A stretch of 64,000 nt of DNA from positions 224,371 through 288,370 of the forward strand of contig MU008213.1 in NCBI GenBank assembly GCA_010909165.1, written 5' to 3'. Made by a program: the position numbers and the translations under genes. This stretch comes from Anthoceros angustus (Eukaryota > Plantae > Anthocerotophyta). A model generated the notes under the pieces. The model searched no databases, had not been told where the DNA came from, and was given only the letters and a program-made list of their open reading frames with translations. Below, piece by piece: positions 38,604 to 51,996 of this stretch (positions within the stretch are counted from its first letter, which is position 1; each line of letters begins with the position of its first letter).

Positions 38604-40213
38604 GAAGTGACGTGCCAGATATATGAGTGTTTGAGAATGTTGTGCATCATCCTCAATCCGCCCACAGATTGTTTGGCCAGCGCGAGCTCTGGCAAACATA
38701 TGACCTGTTGCAAGAGACTTGCCTGGATGACCCACGTCCCTGCGGGTTGAGAGCTCCCCTAGTCCGGGTTCTGGCTCCAGCACTCAAGCCACCTACTCTA
38801 TAGCGCAACAAGCAGCAGGAAGCATGAATACAGCATTGGAAGATGAGCGGACTGACTGGCGGGCGTTAGACACGCGGGATCTCGAGGACCAAGGGGCTGG
38901 GATATCATTCTCCAAGTTCTACATTCCTTGTCAGCGCAAGTGGGAACACAGACCGAGCATGCAGGGCAGCGGGTAGGCAGTGGAACGTGTCACGTCTCCC
39001 AGGGATTTTTTTACTTGGTTTTTGACAGCGAGCTTTCATGCGCTTGTAGGCAACTGGGCAAGCACACCTCGTTTTGCAATCCCGCTGGTGCTCAGTCAAT
39101 CTTTTGTTGCAGCTTGTCCCAGACTCTGGCATTGGCTCGGCTGGAACACACTGACGACTGGCTGTACTGCCCGATCCATTGGCTCCGGCAGAATTCAGGA
39201 TATACATAAAACTGAGATGGGCGCCTCCCATTCGCTGCACCTCGAACTGGGAGACTGACGAGCAGTCAGGGAATTAGGATGACCCGGAGGCTGGAGCCCA
39301 ACTGCAATTGGTTCTCTCCGAGACAGCATTCAGGGGAGCGTACAGTACGAGCTCGGAATAGAATTCCACAGAATCAGATCCACTACCTGCTGTACTGGAC
39401 TGCCCCGCCCCTGCCCTCATCAAGCTGTGTTTCGCATTGTGTACCTAAAATTCTGCGTCTCTCATTCCCCTTGAATTAAGCGACTTTTCGATTTGCTGCC
39501 CGAATTCGCCGCTAGGTCAGATTCTGGAGCTTGTAAACGCCAATAGCATGGCTAGGCGCAGATTCAAGCATAATTCTGCGCCCGGCCGATAACCGATTCC
39601 GATTCCATAACAGATACATCCTCCCGAGTCGCTTGCCCTGCCCCGCCCACGCGCCAACTGCGTGCCGATTTTTGCCATGCCAGCAGCGCCAAACCTTGAT
39701 CAGCGCCTGCCATCATGATTTCACGTCCACCTGCGTGTGCTTATCACTGCGGCCATTCCATGTGACGCCTGGAGGGGACCAGGTGCAGCTCCCCGGCTCG
39801 GCCGGCCCGGTACCGTGGCACTGGTCCGGCCCGGACCTGCTTCCGCGCACTCCCCCGGACCGCCCGCCCGGGCGGTCATGCACCTGGTCCTGTCTGCGAC
39901 CAGGTTCCTTCCCGCTCTTTCCGCAACAGTTTCCGTTATGTTAGCACGCGGCCGTCGCCCGTTGTCCGTGCGCGGTGCGCGGTGCGCGGTGCGCGTCTCA
40001 GATCCGATTAAACTACATTGCCCGATTCCGACATTTCTTGCTAAACAACGGCACGCGTCCGGACTCCGTCACATTTCAGTCAGGACTCTTTTCTTGATTC
40101 CAGAATTTATTATGGCATTCGTATGCAAGCTTTTTCTTATGTTTCTTTATACGGGAATTACAGTACAAAGTCAGACAAGGTCATAGAAACAAGGACGACA
40201 CATTCAATGTTGA

Positions 40214-40977
40214 TTAATTGTAATCCTTCCTTTTGTTTTTTGATTTAGAGCCCGATAGCCAATCATTCAAATCGGGCATGATTTCAGTATCTTGTCTCTT
40301 CAAATACCTTCGAAAGGCATGCTGTTTATAAGCTTTGCCTTCTTTAAAATTATCACGAAAACCGGATGCCCGATTCTCTTTAGTCACGCTTTATGTAAAG
40401 AATATTATGAAAAATTAGAATAAATTAGTAAGCTTGAAGGAGTCATAAGTGAATGTCCCTAGTTGATTCGAGGTAGCACATGGAATAAAAAAGAACACCT
40501 TGCTTGCATTTTGCTTCATAATCTTTGGAGAAATTTAAGTGATGTTGTTTCATCACATGATGTTTTCAAAAAAAGTGATCTGAGAAATTTGATAGAATTT
40601 ATGATTCGATATTCCTGTTTATGACTCAATATTCTATGTAGCATTTTGTTTTTTTGATAAGAAAGTGAAGTTCCAATTGAATTCAAGCAGCTTTTAAGTA
40701 AGTGGTGTAGTGAGTACCTAACATCAGGATGACCTGTAATATTACGATACATGGAGAAGAGCGTTAATCCGACAGCTAGTCCCGTTGCAGCAAACAATGG
40801 ATAAACCTACAAGCAAAGCACAAAATTCCATTCGCTAATAAATTCCATGATTTTTCTCTCATAAAAGATTTTTTATTCTATAATATGATAAAGTCTTAAT
40901 GTACTTGGCAAGAGATATTCTGAAGTGTCACTCACTTCAGGGATAATCCAAGTGAATCCTTTTCTGCCTGGAGACAT
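40214..40977 (-). CDS. B12D: B12D / NDUFA4(MLRQ)-like small mitochondrial protein, 3 exons
   Basis: MSPGRKGFTWIIPE|VYPLFAATGLAVGLTLFSMYRNITGHPDV|.VTKENRASGFRDNFKEGKAYKQHAFRRYL..EIMPDLNDWLS; exons 40977-40936, 40806-40718, ~40388-40214. Confidence 0.88.
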
Positions 40978-43318
40978 GTTTGTAGATTTTGTGAATATTA
41001 GTGAATATACCTATCTCATAAAGAGGGAAATGACAAATTCGATACCCTGGGGACCTTTCACATGCCAAGCGACCAGTTCTGTACTTTCTAAATTTGAACA
41101 ACAACCGCATTACTCGTTGGATGAACCGATTCAACTCACGTCTTTTAGGATTACAACTTACAGAGTGAACGGCAATTGCGGATTCCAGAATCCAGGAAAG
41201 AAAGACCGTGGACCGAGCCTGGCCAGGCAGTACGCGTGGGACCCGAACCAGCTGGCCGGTTGCCAGGCCTGGCAACCGGTCTGGTCTCCGGGTCGTCGTT
41301 GCCTATTATGAAGTCATGTATGTACATACATACCTAGGTACTCACACGGAGCACATGTCCCGTCCTATGTACGTAGATGGGGTTCTCGATCGATGCATAC
41401 AAGTCCTTGATGAGGCGAGGCGAGGTGAGAGGAGGTCCTTGAGACTCAACAACCCACCTTGATTGATTTGATGTATGGTTTGGGTAGCTTTGAAAATTGG
41501 TGGGTGGAAACTACTTCTTCATCGTCATTTTCATTTTGTAGAAGGTGATTTGTGTCGATCTTTACTCCAAGAGGCCAGCTTGGTTGATGAGGAGATATCC
41601 AGCTAGTTTTTCATGTGGAGTGGAAGTCCCCGGGAGACGTTTGATCTAAGCACCGTCGCAAGTGCTTGATCCATTGTGCACGTGTCCACAAGGGGGGCCT
41701 CGGGAACCAGAACCGCACACCACGATGAAACACATGCGAACGAACTCCGATGGAGAATCCACATAAAAACTGCAATAAACGAGCGATCCAAAAGCGGCGA
41801 AGTGGGCATGCGTTCAGCCGGTGGGTCGCGCCGCGACCGACAGCCGGTCCCGGAGGTTAACCGGGATCCGGAATCAGGACCCGGTGCAGACCACCTGCTT
41901 CTCTCCCCTCTGTCCGGGCACACGTTTCGCAACTAACTCGGCTGTCCCCGCCTCGGGACAGTACCTGACTTAACCGCAACGTTGCGAACGGCTGGCGTGC
42001 GTCCAAGCGACACGTGAATGCCGCCAGAAGCGTGCGCTTCGGCGCGATGACGCAAGCACCGCGTACCGCGCACCGCGCACCGCACCGCCGCGCTTGGAGC
42101 GCCGAATCGATATTTCTGTCCGAGCGGCAGTCCCGGGCCTGCAGGCCCGGGGCCAGGTGCAGGGAACCCACTGTTGGTGAGGGAGCGCGGCAGCTAGCCC
42201 GGCTCGGTCCCGAAGTCGCAAGCCTCGGTCCCGGGCCGAAGCAGGGTCGGTGAGAGGGCAAAATACCAAAATACCAAAGTGCTGCACGATGATGGTGGGC
42301 GACAAAGGATATATGAGAGGCCAGGCCAGGCCAGACGAGGTAAGAGGAGCGCAGCCGGATTTGGGCCCACGGGATCGGGCCGCCACATTGGCTTTCCCTG
42401 TTGCTGTTGCTGTTCCTGCTGCTACTGCGCCTTTCGCTGCTTTGCCGCTTTGCTGGGTGCTGGGCTTCGGCCTCCTCCTCCTCCTCCATCTCCAGCGGCC
42501 GCTTGTTGGGCGGGCGCTGATCTAGGATCGGGGCTCTCCCATCAGCTCCGCGTCTCCAGTCTCGGTTTCGTCTTCTTCGTCCCCGTTGCAAGAAGCGAAG
42601 GGAGCCCCGGCGGGCCCCCACATCTCTCCTGCCTGCTCTGCTGCACCCCTTCTCTTGCCCCTCCAACCTGCTGCACCACCTAGTGTTGCTACACCCTCGG
42701 GCTGGCCGCTCCATCTTCCAAGTCTCGTGCTCTGTCGTCTCTCTGTCCTAAGCCAGGCCCGCCCTCCCTCTCCATTCTCTCCCCACCTCCTCTCCTGCTC
42801 GTTCAAATCTTGGCCTCTGCTCCCATTTCCCACATCATCCCATCTCGCGCTCCTCTGCCTCCTGCTCTTCTCCTCTTGCCCTCTCTGGTCTGCCCCGCTC
42901 CTGCTCTGCCCGGCTCTGCTCTGCCCGGCTGCCCTCCAGGCTCCGGCGCCCTCGGTGGGCCAGGATTGCTTGTCGGGTGGGCGGGAGGCGTCGCTGAGGC
43001 CCGGATCGTGCTCCACGCCGGGTGCCTGCCTTCTCGCCAGCGACCCTCCGCAGCTTCGGTGATATCATATCTCCGGGCCCTGTTGCCGGTGAGTGGGAGC
43101 CCTGCCCGATGCGCACTCAAGCTTGCACTCGGCAGGCTGAATTTTGGGATGCGGGGCGTGAGCTGCGCCGCTTGCGGTAGAGGGGGATTATGGGTGGAAT
43201 GTCAAATTTGTGGGCGGGGAATGAAAGTCGTTTGAAGCGTACCGTCTCGTTGCGCACTCGTGCCGGGCGGTGGCCTTAATTTAGTCACCCTGTTGGATGG
43301 ATGCAGGAATCCGCAAAC

Positions 43319-44830
43319 ATGGTGCTGTGGGTTTTCGGGTACGGGTCGCTGGTGTGGAGAGCTGGCTTCACTTATGATGAGCGTGTTGTGGGCTACATCA
43401 AGGGCTACAGACGAGTCTTCTACCAAGGCATGCGTTGCCTTGGGGTGCTGGCTGATGTGCTTTTCTCTGCTTGCATGACGTGGCTCAATTCGTTGTGTTT
43501 TTGTCGGGATGTCAGGCAGCACGGACCACAGAGGTACTCCCGAGAACCCCGGGAGAACGGTCACCTTGGAGCCGGAAGAGGGTTCTATTTGCGTGAGTAT
43601 TTCGAAGCTCTGGATCTGAAAGTGGCGTGGGTGGGTTTCTGTTGGGGGTTCCAGTCATGCACGAGCTACTGGAGTGGTAGATGGTGGTTTTACCCTTCCT
43701 CTATTCTTGCATGGAGGGAAGCAAGACTGGAGGAGGCTTCACTTCTAGTCAGGGTCATTTGTCGTTTCTTGTCCAACCTGCAGAGGTCCCCTTTCTAAGG
43801 GATGGGATTGTCTGGGCTGAATGTTGCTGGGGCATTCTGGTTACAGTTGTTGGGTGAGAATGTGTGTTAGTTGCTGGGAAGAGAAGGTGGACTGACGATA
43901 TTTTTGGCCCTGGACGTGGCAGTGGGGGGCAGCTTACAAGGTTTCTGGCCACGACGCGGAACAGTTAACTCTCTCGGTAAGCCTCAAGCTCGGTTGATCA
44001 TGGCATTGTACAAGACTGAAAGCACTCTATAGTGGATATTCGTCCTTGGCCGATTGTGGGCATGTTCCTACTCTGTGCAGTATTTGAATGTGAGGGAGAG
44101 GGACTATGATGTGAAGGAGTACATCGATTTCTTCACTGTAAGTGCAGGACACAACCAGCTGCAGGAGTTCATAAGTGCTGGTGCATTGCATTTTCATAGC
44201 TGCAGTGGTCTGTACCTCACATTTCTTTGGCTTATCCCTGCAGACGGAGTCTGCAACAGAGCCCGCGATCACAGGTGTTCTGGTGTACATTGCGACGTCA
44301 GACGCAACAAAGAACAGAACCTACTTGGGGCCTGCTCCATTGGAGGACATGGCAAGGTAAGCAACACATTGCTCAGACGTATTGTAAGTGAATCAGCTGT
44401 TTCCAAATTCCGACTCTTACCCGAGGAATTCAACAAATCCAGCCAAATTGCCAAAGCATCTGGTCCATCTGGACCTAATTACGAGTATCTTTTCCGTCTG
44501 GAAGAGGCACTTCTTGAAATTGGTAAGACCTTGCGCATTGCCTTTGTCATTTGAATGAACTGCTCTCAAGTGCTTTCCCGGAGCTCTGCTTCATTGCATT
44601 TCCAAGAGGATGACCAGATCTGAATGTTCTTGTCCACAGGTTACTGCGATAAAGAGATAGTTGAACTCTCTAACGAAGTAAGAAAGCTGATGGGTGGCTA
44701 TAACAGCTTGAGTTTCAAGTTGGGTGGCGGATGTTCCAATGGAAGTACGTTCAAGACAACAATCAAGAACGATATCCTCAAGAATGGCTTCACCAGAAAT
44801 GGTGTCCTGAAGAACGGTGTGAAGTCTTAA
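43319..44830 (+). CDS. GGCT2: Gamma-glutamylcyclotransferase (ChaC/GGCT2 family), multi-exon
   Basis: [26 protein letters not shown]|[49 protein letters not shown]. Confidence 0.92.
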
Positions 44831-45589
44831 CGACACACAACGGCAATTCTTCTCCTTTTTGGTAGTCTAACAGTATCAGACTCGCAGCCAAGGGCTTTCA
44901 CTTATGACTCCCAGGTTTGCAAGAATTGACACAGTTTTGTTAGGCCATCGCATTGAAGTGGTCAAACTGACCGCCGATTGGGTACACAGGTAGCTATTCA
45001 CCTGACATTTTGTAGCATATGTTCTTGTATTCTAGATTATTTCATTCCTTAATAGGTAGAGGTTATACCTAGTTATGGCTCTGCTGTTTGCAGCTGAACT
45101 GTTTATGCAAAGCATTTGTTACCTATTCAACAATTGTTAGCTCTTCCTATTTAGCAAATGTTTCCAGTGTCAGCGCTTGTCGTTAGAACCCTCGCTTCAA
45201 ACTGCCTGCAGATGTTGAGGATCGTGTCTGCTCTTAAGTGCACGAAATCTTGTGGGTTTGTCTAATGAGTTTGATTGCATGGGAAACCTTCCACTTTCCT
45301 TTAGCAACATGGCAGGTCCTTGTGCTGAAGATAAGCTCGACGAGGATATATGCTACAGCTCGTCAATGTCCATCTTTAAATCCGAAAGGACAGTGCTCTG
45401 TACAAGCAAGAACGTGTTGAGAACACGTTTGGTTGCCACTGTACCCCAGAATCTCAGGCCGAATGGTGGCCACAAAGAAGAACGTTTTTACAGTTGAACA
45501 TTTGCCACCTGTCCTCATGCTAGCTAGCTAGACCTACCCACAAAAAGATCAACCGTTTTGACATTGTCGACAGCACTGCCTCATTGTCT

Positions 45590-47850
45590 TCATACACCAG
45601 TGGAAAGTACTGCGCCAGCCATGGTGTCAAGATCATGAGGGAAAAAGACCCTGCGCAAGGGAGCAGGAGCTGTTTAATCATGACAACCGCATTGTCTTGC
45701 GTGCTCACTAAGTGCACCACGTCTGATTGAATATGGAGTTGCAGAGTGAAGAGTCTCGAGGAGCCGAAGTGCGATCATACCTACAGGTGTTTTCGTACAA
45801 AGATCTGGCAAAGCTCCCAACATCAGCAACTTTCCTGTAACCAGCTACAACCTCAAATACTTGCCTGCACAGTGCGGAGGGCGATTTGACAACCATTAGC
45901 GGGGGAAGGGACCCTCACCATAAGCCGCAGCTACTCCCATGCAGTTAAACGTCACCTGACTTGGCAAGGTTCATTCCGACTCTTGACTAAACACTGAGGG
46001 TCATGCTTCTCTTTCTTCTTGGAAGGCCAAGTCGTTGAAATATGACTGAAGCCTGCATGGGTTGGCTTGATCTCACAATATGGAGAATCGGTCTCAAGCA
46101 TCATTCTTTCGGCAGGGATACCAGACATGACCTGAAGATTATCCACAGTCTTCAGTGAGCATCCGTTGATACCTGTGGCAACGCAAAGTTCAGTTGGAAA
46201 TGTTCCATGTACTCGGAAACAAATACTTGCCTGTGCATTTCGGAACAAAAAGTCACAGATCTCAGAGCCCAGGCAAAACTCCTCTGCAAGCATATTTTAG
46301 TTGATAAGGAGCTCCTGACCTATGTATAGATTGTCAAACCCTAAGATCTGATCTCTTTCTTCAGCACTCCCAGTAAATGAGTGAACAACCCCACCCTGAA
46401 ATCTGCACAATATAACAGATGGATGAGTCCTCGATACTCATGCAAAATCCTTCCGTCCACCCGCCTACTACTATCCAAATTTCAGAACATTGAGTCGGTT
46501 CACCAATAACTCTGTGGAGCTTAGGAGAAAAGCACCTGAGCTTGTTGCGCTTCAAGATATCAAGAAAATCACTTCCTGCAGCACGCATGTGCAGAAACAT
46601 TGGCAGGTTCGTGGATTCGGCCAGATAGAATTGTTGCTCAAAGTACCTGCAAAATCGTCCACAATCTGAGCAACCGCCTTGTAACATCTCAAAGTGCTGC
46701 TGTACGGTACTACCAACCAAAAACCAATGATACACAACAAGCTAGAGAAACGGCACACGAAGGCCATGTTTGACAGACCAGGAACCGAAACCTTACTTGC
46801 GTTGCGTCTCTGCAGGACAAAATTGGAGCCGGTCATAATCCAAGCCGCACTCACCAATAGCAACGACCTGGAGAAGAAATATACACCTTAAATACCCCTA
46901 CTCCTCAGTGCCCCAAATTCTCGAGTACTACATTCTACATCAACAGCTGCCCAGCACCCTAACAATCAACGGACAGCATGTATACCTTGCCTCTGGCAAC
47001 TCCTTCCCTTGCAAGATTCAAAAGGTCTTGCAAATGTTTCTCTGGATCCCCACTCTCTTCAAACTCCTATGACATCCACTTGACGAATTCAAAAACCTTG
47101 CCGGACACCGCAACAGTAAGGAAGCTTAGCATCAGCTAACAAAGCAGCACTACCTACAATTCTGTCATGTCAAGTACCGTGCATCTTGTTGGATGCACCC
47201 CCACAGTGCAGAAAAGCCGACCTGCGGAGATGGGCTGCGAATGCATCAGTTTGCTGAAGCAGCAGGCAGCACTTCGAAACAGAAGCAACTGTGGCAGAGC
47301 CTCTGTTGCTTACCATCGGTATCAGCAAGCGCCAATGCCTCCTTGGATTCCCGCAGCGACCCCCCAGTCACCTGCAGAGCCAAACAGCTCTCAGCCTCCA
47401 TTCCAGACCCATCCCAAACTCCAGCTCCTGGTGCAACACATCAGAAAATGCAAAACTCACAATGACACGGTTCACGCCAGCATCCCACGCCCGCCTTAGG
47501 ATAGCTCCCATGTCGGGGCCGTGACACTGCTTCCCATGATACACACCCTTGAACACGCCATCTGCAATCAGGTGAAAAAAACAGGCAATGATTCCACACG
47601 CAACCCAACATCACCACACAGACGGCTGAAAGTGCCGCATTTTCCCCTCAAACGCAAGTGCAGCAGTGGGACCGAGGACTCCACACCTGACAGATTGGCT
47701 CCTATGTCTGCAGATTTCTTAGACACACGCATACAAGGACAGGCGTCGCAACCGTGTTAGCCCAGACCCGCAGAAAACAGTGGTGAACCAGAGTGCAGGG
47801 AAGCCAGACGGCAAGCAGCGAGACGTACCGATGAACTTCAGGCCAGCCAT
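45590..47850 (-). CDS. TATDN1: TatD-family DNase (TATDN1-like), multi-exon
   Basis: MAGLKFI|..[94 protein letters not shown]. Confidence 0.92.
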
Positions 47851-48078
47851 GTTTGATACGAAGTACCTTCGTCGGCTCCTGCAGATGCAAAACCAAAGAC
47901 CCACCAGAAGAAACAGCTCCTTATTTTGTTTTGTTCCAATTTCACAATGTGCCAATCCAGTCATTCCCGGCCCTATGTACACAACTTAAAATGAATCCCG
48001 CTTTGAATCTCGGTTCAGCTGAAAACGTTCTACACGCCTTCCCTCTCCCTGGTGCCTTGTGCTCCGTTGTGGTGTGTC

Positions 48079-51000
48079 ATGGGGGAAACGGGGGAAACGG
48101 GGGAGTCGGGGGAGTCGGGGGAGACGAGGGAGACCTCCGCTCCACGGGCAGATCTACTGTGCTTTGCAACCTGGCAGAGCGCAGTGGACGAGGGCTTCTG
48201 GCAGCGGCTGGCCAATTTCAAGCTGAACACGCAGCGGCTGGAGGAGCATCCTGTGCCCATCACGGGCTTCTTCGCTCCATGCGGCCACTCGAAGCTGCCG
48301 TCACGCATGCAGCTCTTGTCCGAGTCGATGCCAGCGGAGTCTGGGGACGTCGAGGAGGTGTCTTGGAATCGGAACCGCTGCCCGGCGCCGGGAACACTTT
48401 ACACCGCTAATTCGCTGGAGAACTTCAAATCATTGGACGGAAAAGCACTTCTGGAAGGTGCAGCTCGGCAGGTGTAGTGCCACTGGTCATGGAGGAGCTT
48501 GCCTTGACGAGTCTGTGTGAAGTTATGTTGTTCGGATGATTGGAATCTGATGACTGCGTGAATTTGTTACAGATATGGGATGACATCCGATCTGGGCGAG
48601 CAGAGGAGTCCAGTAACCTGCTGAACCGTTTCCTGGTGATTTCCTATGCGGATTTGAAGAAGTGGATTTTCTACTACTGGTTCGCATTCCCGGCGATTGT
48701 CCTTCCGACCCCAGCCACTATTTCCTCTGTGAAGACGGCCTCTGAGTTTTGGAGCTCAGACCAGGTAGATTGTCTGTCATGTTGGTTGCAATTGGCAACG
48801 AGTACCTGGCTCGATGTGCCTGATAGTTTGTTCACTAATGTTCTGGCTGTTTTCGCAACAGGCTGCCGGTTTCCTGTCAGCTTGTAAATCTTGGAGGGAA
48901 TCAAAATCGGAGGCATGTAAGTCAGTCAGGCTGAAGTGGTGTAGTTGTGCTAGGGATCTTCAGGAGGAACTTGTTAATGGCTGCGATGCATCTTGTTCAT
49001 CATGTCTTGGTGCGTAGCTAGTAGGTTTTGTTTTGACCGTGGGGACCTCGTCTACAGGCTCGCCTTTTTTCCTTCTGCACAAGAGCCATGATGACTCTGT
49101 GACAGCAAGGCCATTGGGTGAGTGGCGTACCTTGAAGCAGGCCGGTGGCGAGGTTTGTTCGACTCCCTGCCTAGCTCGTCAAATGCCTTGCATCGTTCTT
49201 GCAGTGCCCTCGGTTAAGTTGTCGACTTCTCATGTACAACATTATCACATACTAGTAGTCGTTGCGGGCACACGCAATTTCTTTCCATAGCTGTTCAGCT
49301 ACGTACCTTGACACTGAAAACGGTGGCTGTGTGGCAGATTGTTTGTGCATTCTATGATCCCTGCCACTCCAATAAAAATCCAGGATGGCCTCTTCGAAAT
49401 TTCCTTGCTCTGGCTGTCCAACAGTGGCAAGTGACGGACCTGCGAGTGCTGTGCTACAGAGAGACACGGGGGCAACCTGATTTCCAGCACAGTTTGGTTC
49501 TTGATGTTATTCTTTCAGAAATTCCAGGTAAGTGGTTGAGGGTATTCTTCTGTGGATATGTAAGGGCTTAGCTGCAAGGTTAGAAGCGCCTCACCATAGT
49601 TGGACGGTTTTGCAGAATGGGAAAATTCGAATTTGGAAAGCATTGGTTGGGAGATAAACAGCCGGACAAAGAAGTATGGGCCCCAAATTGCTGACCTGGG
49701 CGCTGTACTCGACCCCGTCAAGTGAGTTTCATGGGTGCATGTCAATTGATCTTTTTGGCAGAATCCTCAGTCTGAGGGAACCTTACTGCTCTCAGGCTAG
49801 CTTCATCAGCTGCTGACCTCAACTTGAAGCTGATGAGGTGGCGCTTGTTGCCATCTTTGAACTTGGAGCGTCTATCGTCCACAAAGTGCTTGATTCTTGG
49901 AGCGGGTACATTGGGCTGTCAGGTTGCACGTGATCTGATGGTAATGTTAGTCTTTAAACTTTGAGGAGGGTGAAACTTTTTCAAGCACTACTGACTTCAT
50001 GAAGCACAGTTTGTAATGTTCTCACTGACTCTGTATAGATTCCTGATTCACAGGCTTGGGGTGTAAAGCATATCACACTTGTAGACAGCGGGCGTGTAGC
50101 AATGTCCAACCCTCTTCGACAGTCTCTATATACTTTTGAGGACTGCCTTAAAGGTGGTAAACCGAAGGCAGAAGCAGCAGCTGTGAATCTGAAGCGTATC
50201 TTCCCTGGTGTGGTAGGGGGACTGATCCTGAGCTGTTGCTGGATGCTATACAGTTTTGGTTAGCTTTCCATTAGTCCTGTGAGTTGCAACCTAGATTGCT
50301 GAGAAGCTACAGTTTGTCAGACTGACATGCATCCTGTAGGAAGCAAGAGGGGTTCAAATGACAATCCCAATGCCTGGCCACAGTGTATCGCAGCAAGAGG
50401 AAGCTCATGTGAAAGAGCAGTGTAGGCAATTGAAACATCTGGTGGATGAACACGACATTGTGTTCCTGCTAACTGACACAAGAGAGAGTCGATGGTTGCC
50501 AACCCTCTTGTGTGCAGAGGGAAACAAGGTGATTGGCTTTGAGTGGATGTTCGTATATTGTGTTTGTGGTGCAGTCTTTGTTATGCTGAGTGGCCACAGA
50601 ATAATATTACAAAGGCTTTGGTGCAGATTGCAATAAATGCCGCGCTGGGTTTTGACACTTTCTTGGTCATGAGACATGGAACAGGGCCTACGTCTGGTCA
50701 GCAGGATGGATCTCTACCTAGATCACGTTTGGGATGCTATTTTTGCAATGACGTGGTTGCTCCACAGGATGTGGGTATTTTGTTCCTGTGTTGGGGGTCA
50801 TTTCGTCCTTGACCTTGTTTTGACTGTTCGGAGAACTGTGAGTGGACACAATGGTGAAGGTTGTGAGATCTGCTGTGATGCAGTCCATGGGGCAGCGAAC
50901 TCTTGATCAGCAGTGCACTGTGACCAGACCGGGTTTGGCTCCAATGGCAGCTGCTCTTGCGGTGGAGCTAGCTGTGAACATCTTGCATCATCCTGATGGG

Positions 51001-51507
51001 TTTGGCTCCTCCCCTGCTCTTGCTCCCTCCGGTGGAAAATTATAATGCTTTAGGTGGCAATATCTTCTCATGATCTCACCCAGCCTTAAGGGTGTCGTGT
51101 TGTTGCAGCAATAGCGCACCCGCAGATCCTGCCACTCCAATTACAGCTAGTACCGATGAGCCACTCGGCATTCTACCTCATCAGGTCAGAGGGTTCGTGG
51201 CCCATTTCGCACAACTAGTGGTGACAGGCCACGCCTTCGACAAGTGTACTGCCTGCTCTAGTATGGTAAGTGTCGACATACATTCTGTGCCTATTCTCTC
51301 TTGGTTTAACCTGTTGGATCTTTTTTGAAACAGAGGTGGTATGGCTAACGAGCACGAAATGTGCAGGTGGTGGAGGAATTCCGTAAACGAGAGACGGATT
51401 TTATTTTGGATGTGTTAAATTACCCAACTTATTTGGAAGATCTAACGGGCATCACAGAGTTAGTTGCTGCTACTGCTGCTTTAAATGTAGACTGGGATGA
51501 GGAGTAG
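48079..51507 (+). CDS. ATG7: Autophagy E1-like enzyme ATG7, multi-exon
   Basis: [91 protein letters not shown], catalytic [31 protein letters not shown]. Confidence 0.96.
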
Positions 51508-51996
51508 AACACTCGGACAGGATGCAGGTGGATTGGTATAGCCCGGGCGATTGGAAATTGGATCCATTTGTTTCGCTGATCCATCTACAGCCCCAAGACC
51601 TGGCCAGGAATTCTGACAGTCCTTTGATAACCTTCAGTCTGGTGCTGTTTCAAAGTATGTCTGCAAGCAACCAAGAAGACTCTCTGCCGGTGCTAGTTCT
51701 TTGTTGGTAGTCGGTGCCTAGATGCAGGACTTTTAAAGACCTTCCGTTCAGTTCAGAGGAGGACCTTCTCTTTTAAGTAGGTACAAAGACCCATATGATC
51801 ACCTATATTAAAGATATAATTTTCATATTATTGGATAATGACAGCAGTTTTTGGTCGTGTTAGGGCAGATGGTGATGTTTCGCACCAAATGTTTGTCGCT
51901 GAAAGCGCATTGTTGAGCATGTCAGGATGATGCTGGTGGTGCCGCAGCCTTGACGTGCCGTGTTGTATGTTACAGGGGCTGCGGGTTGCAGTGTGA

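Noticed and set aside
48079-48135. 9-bp G-rich repeats at the ATG7 start
   Set aside because: An ordinary low-complexity N-terminal extension ([12 protein letters not shown]).
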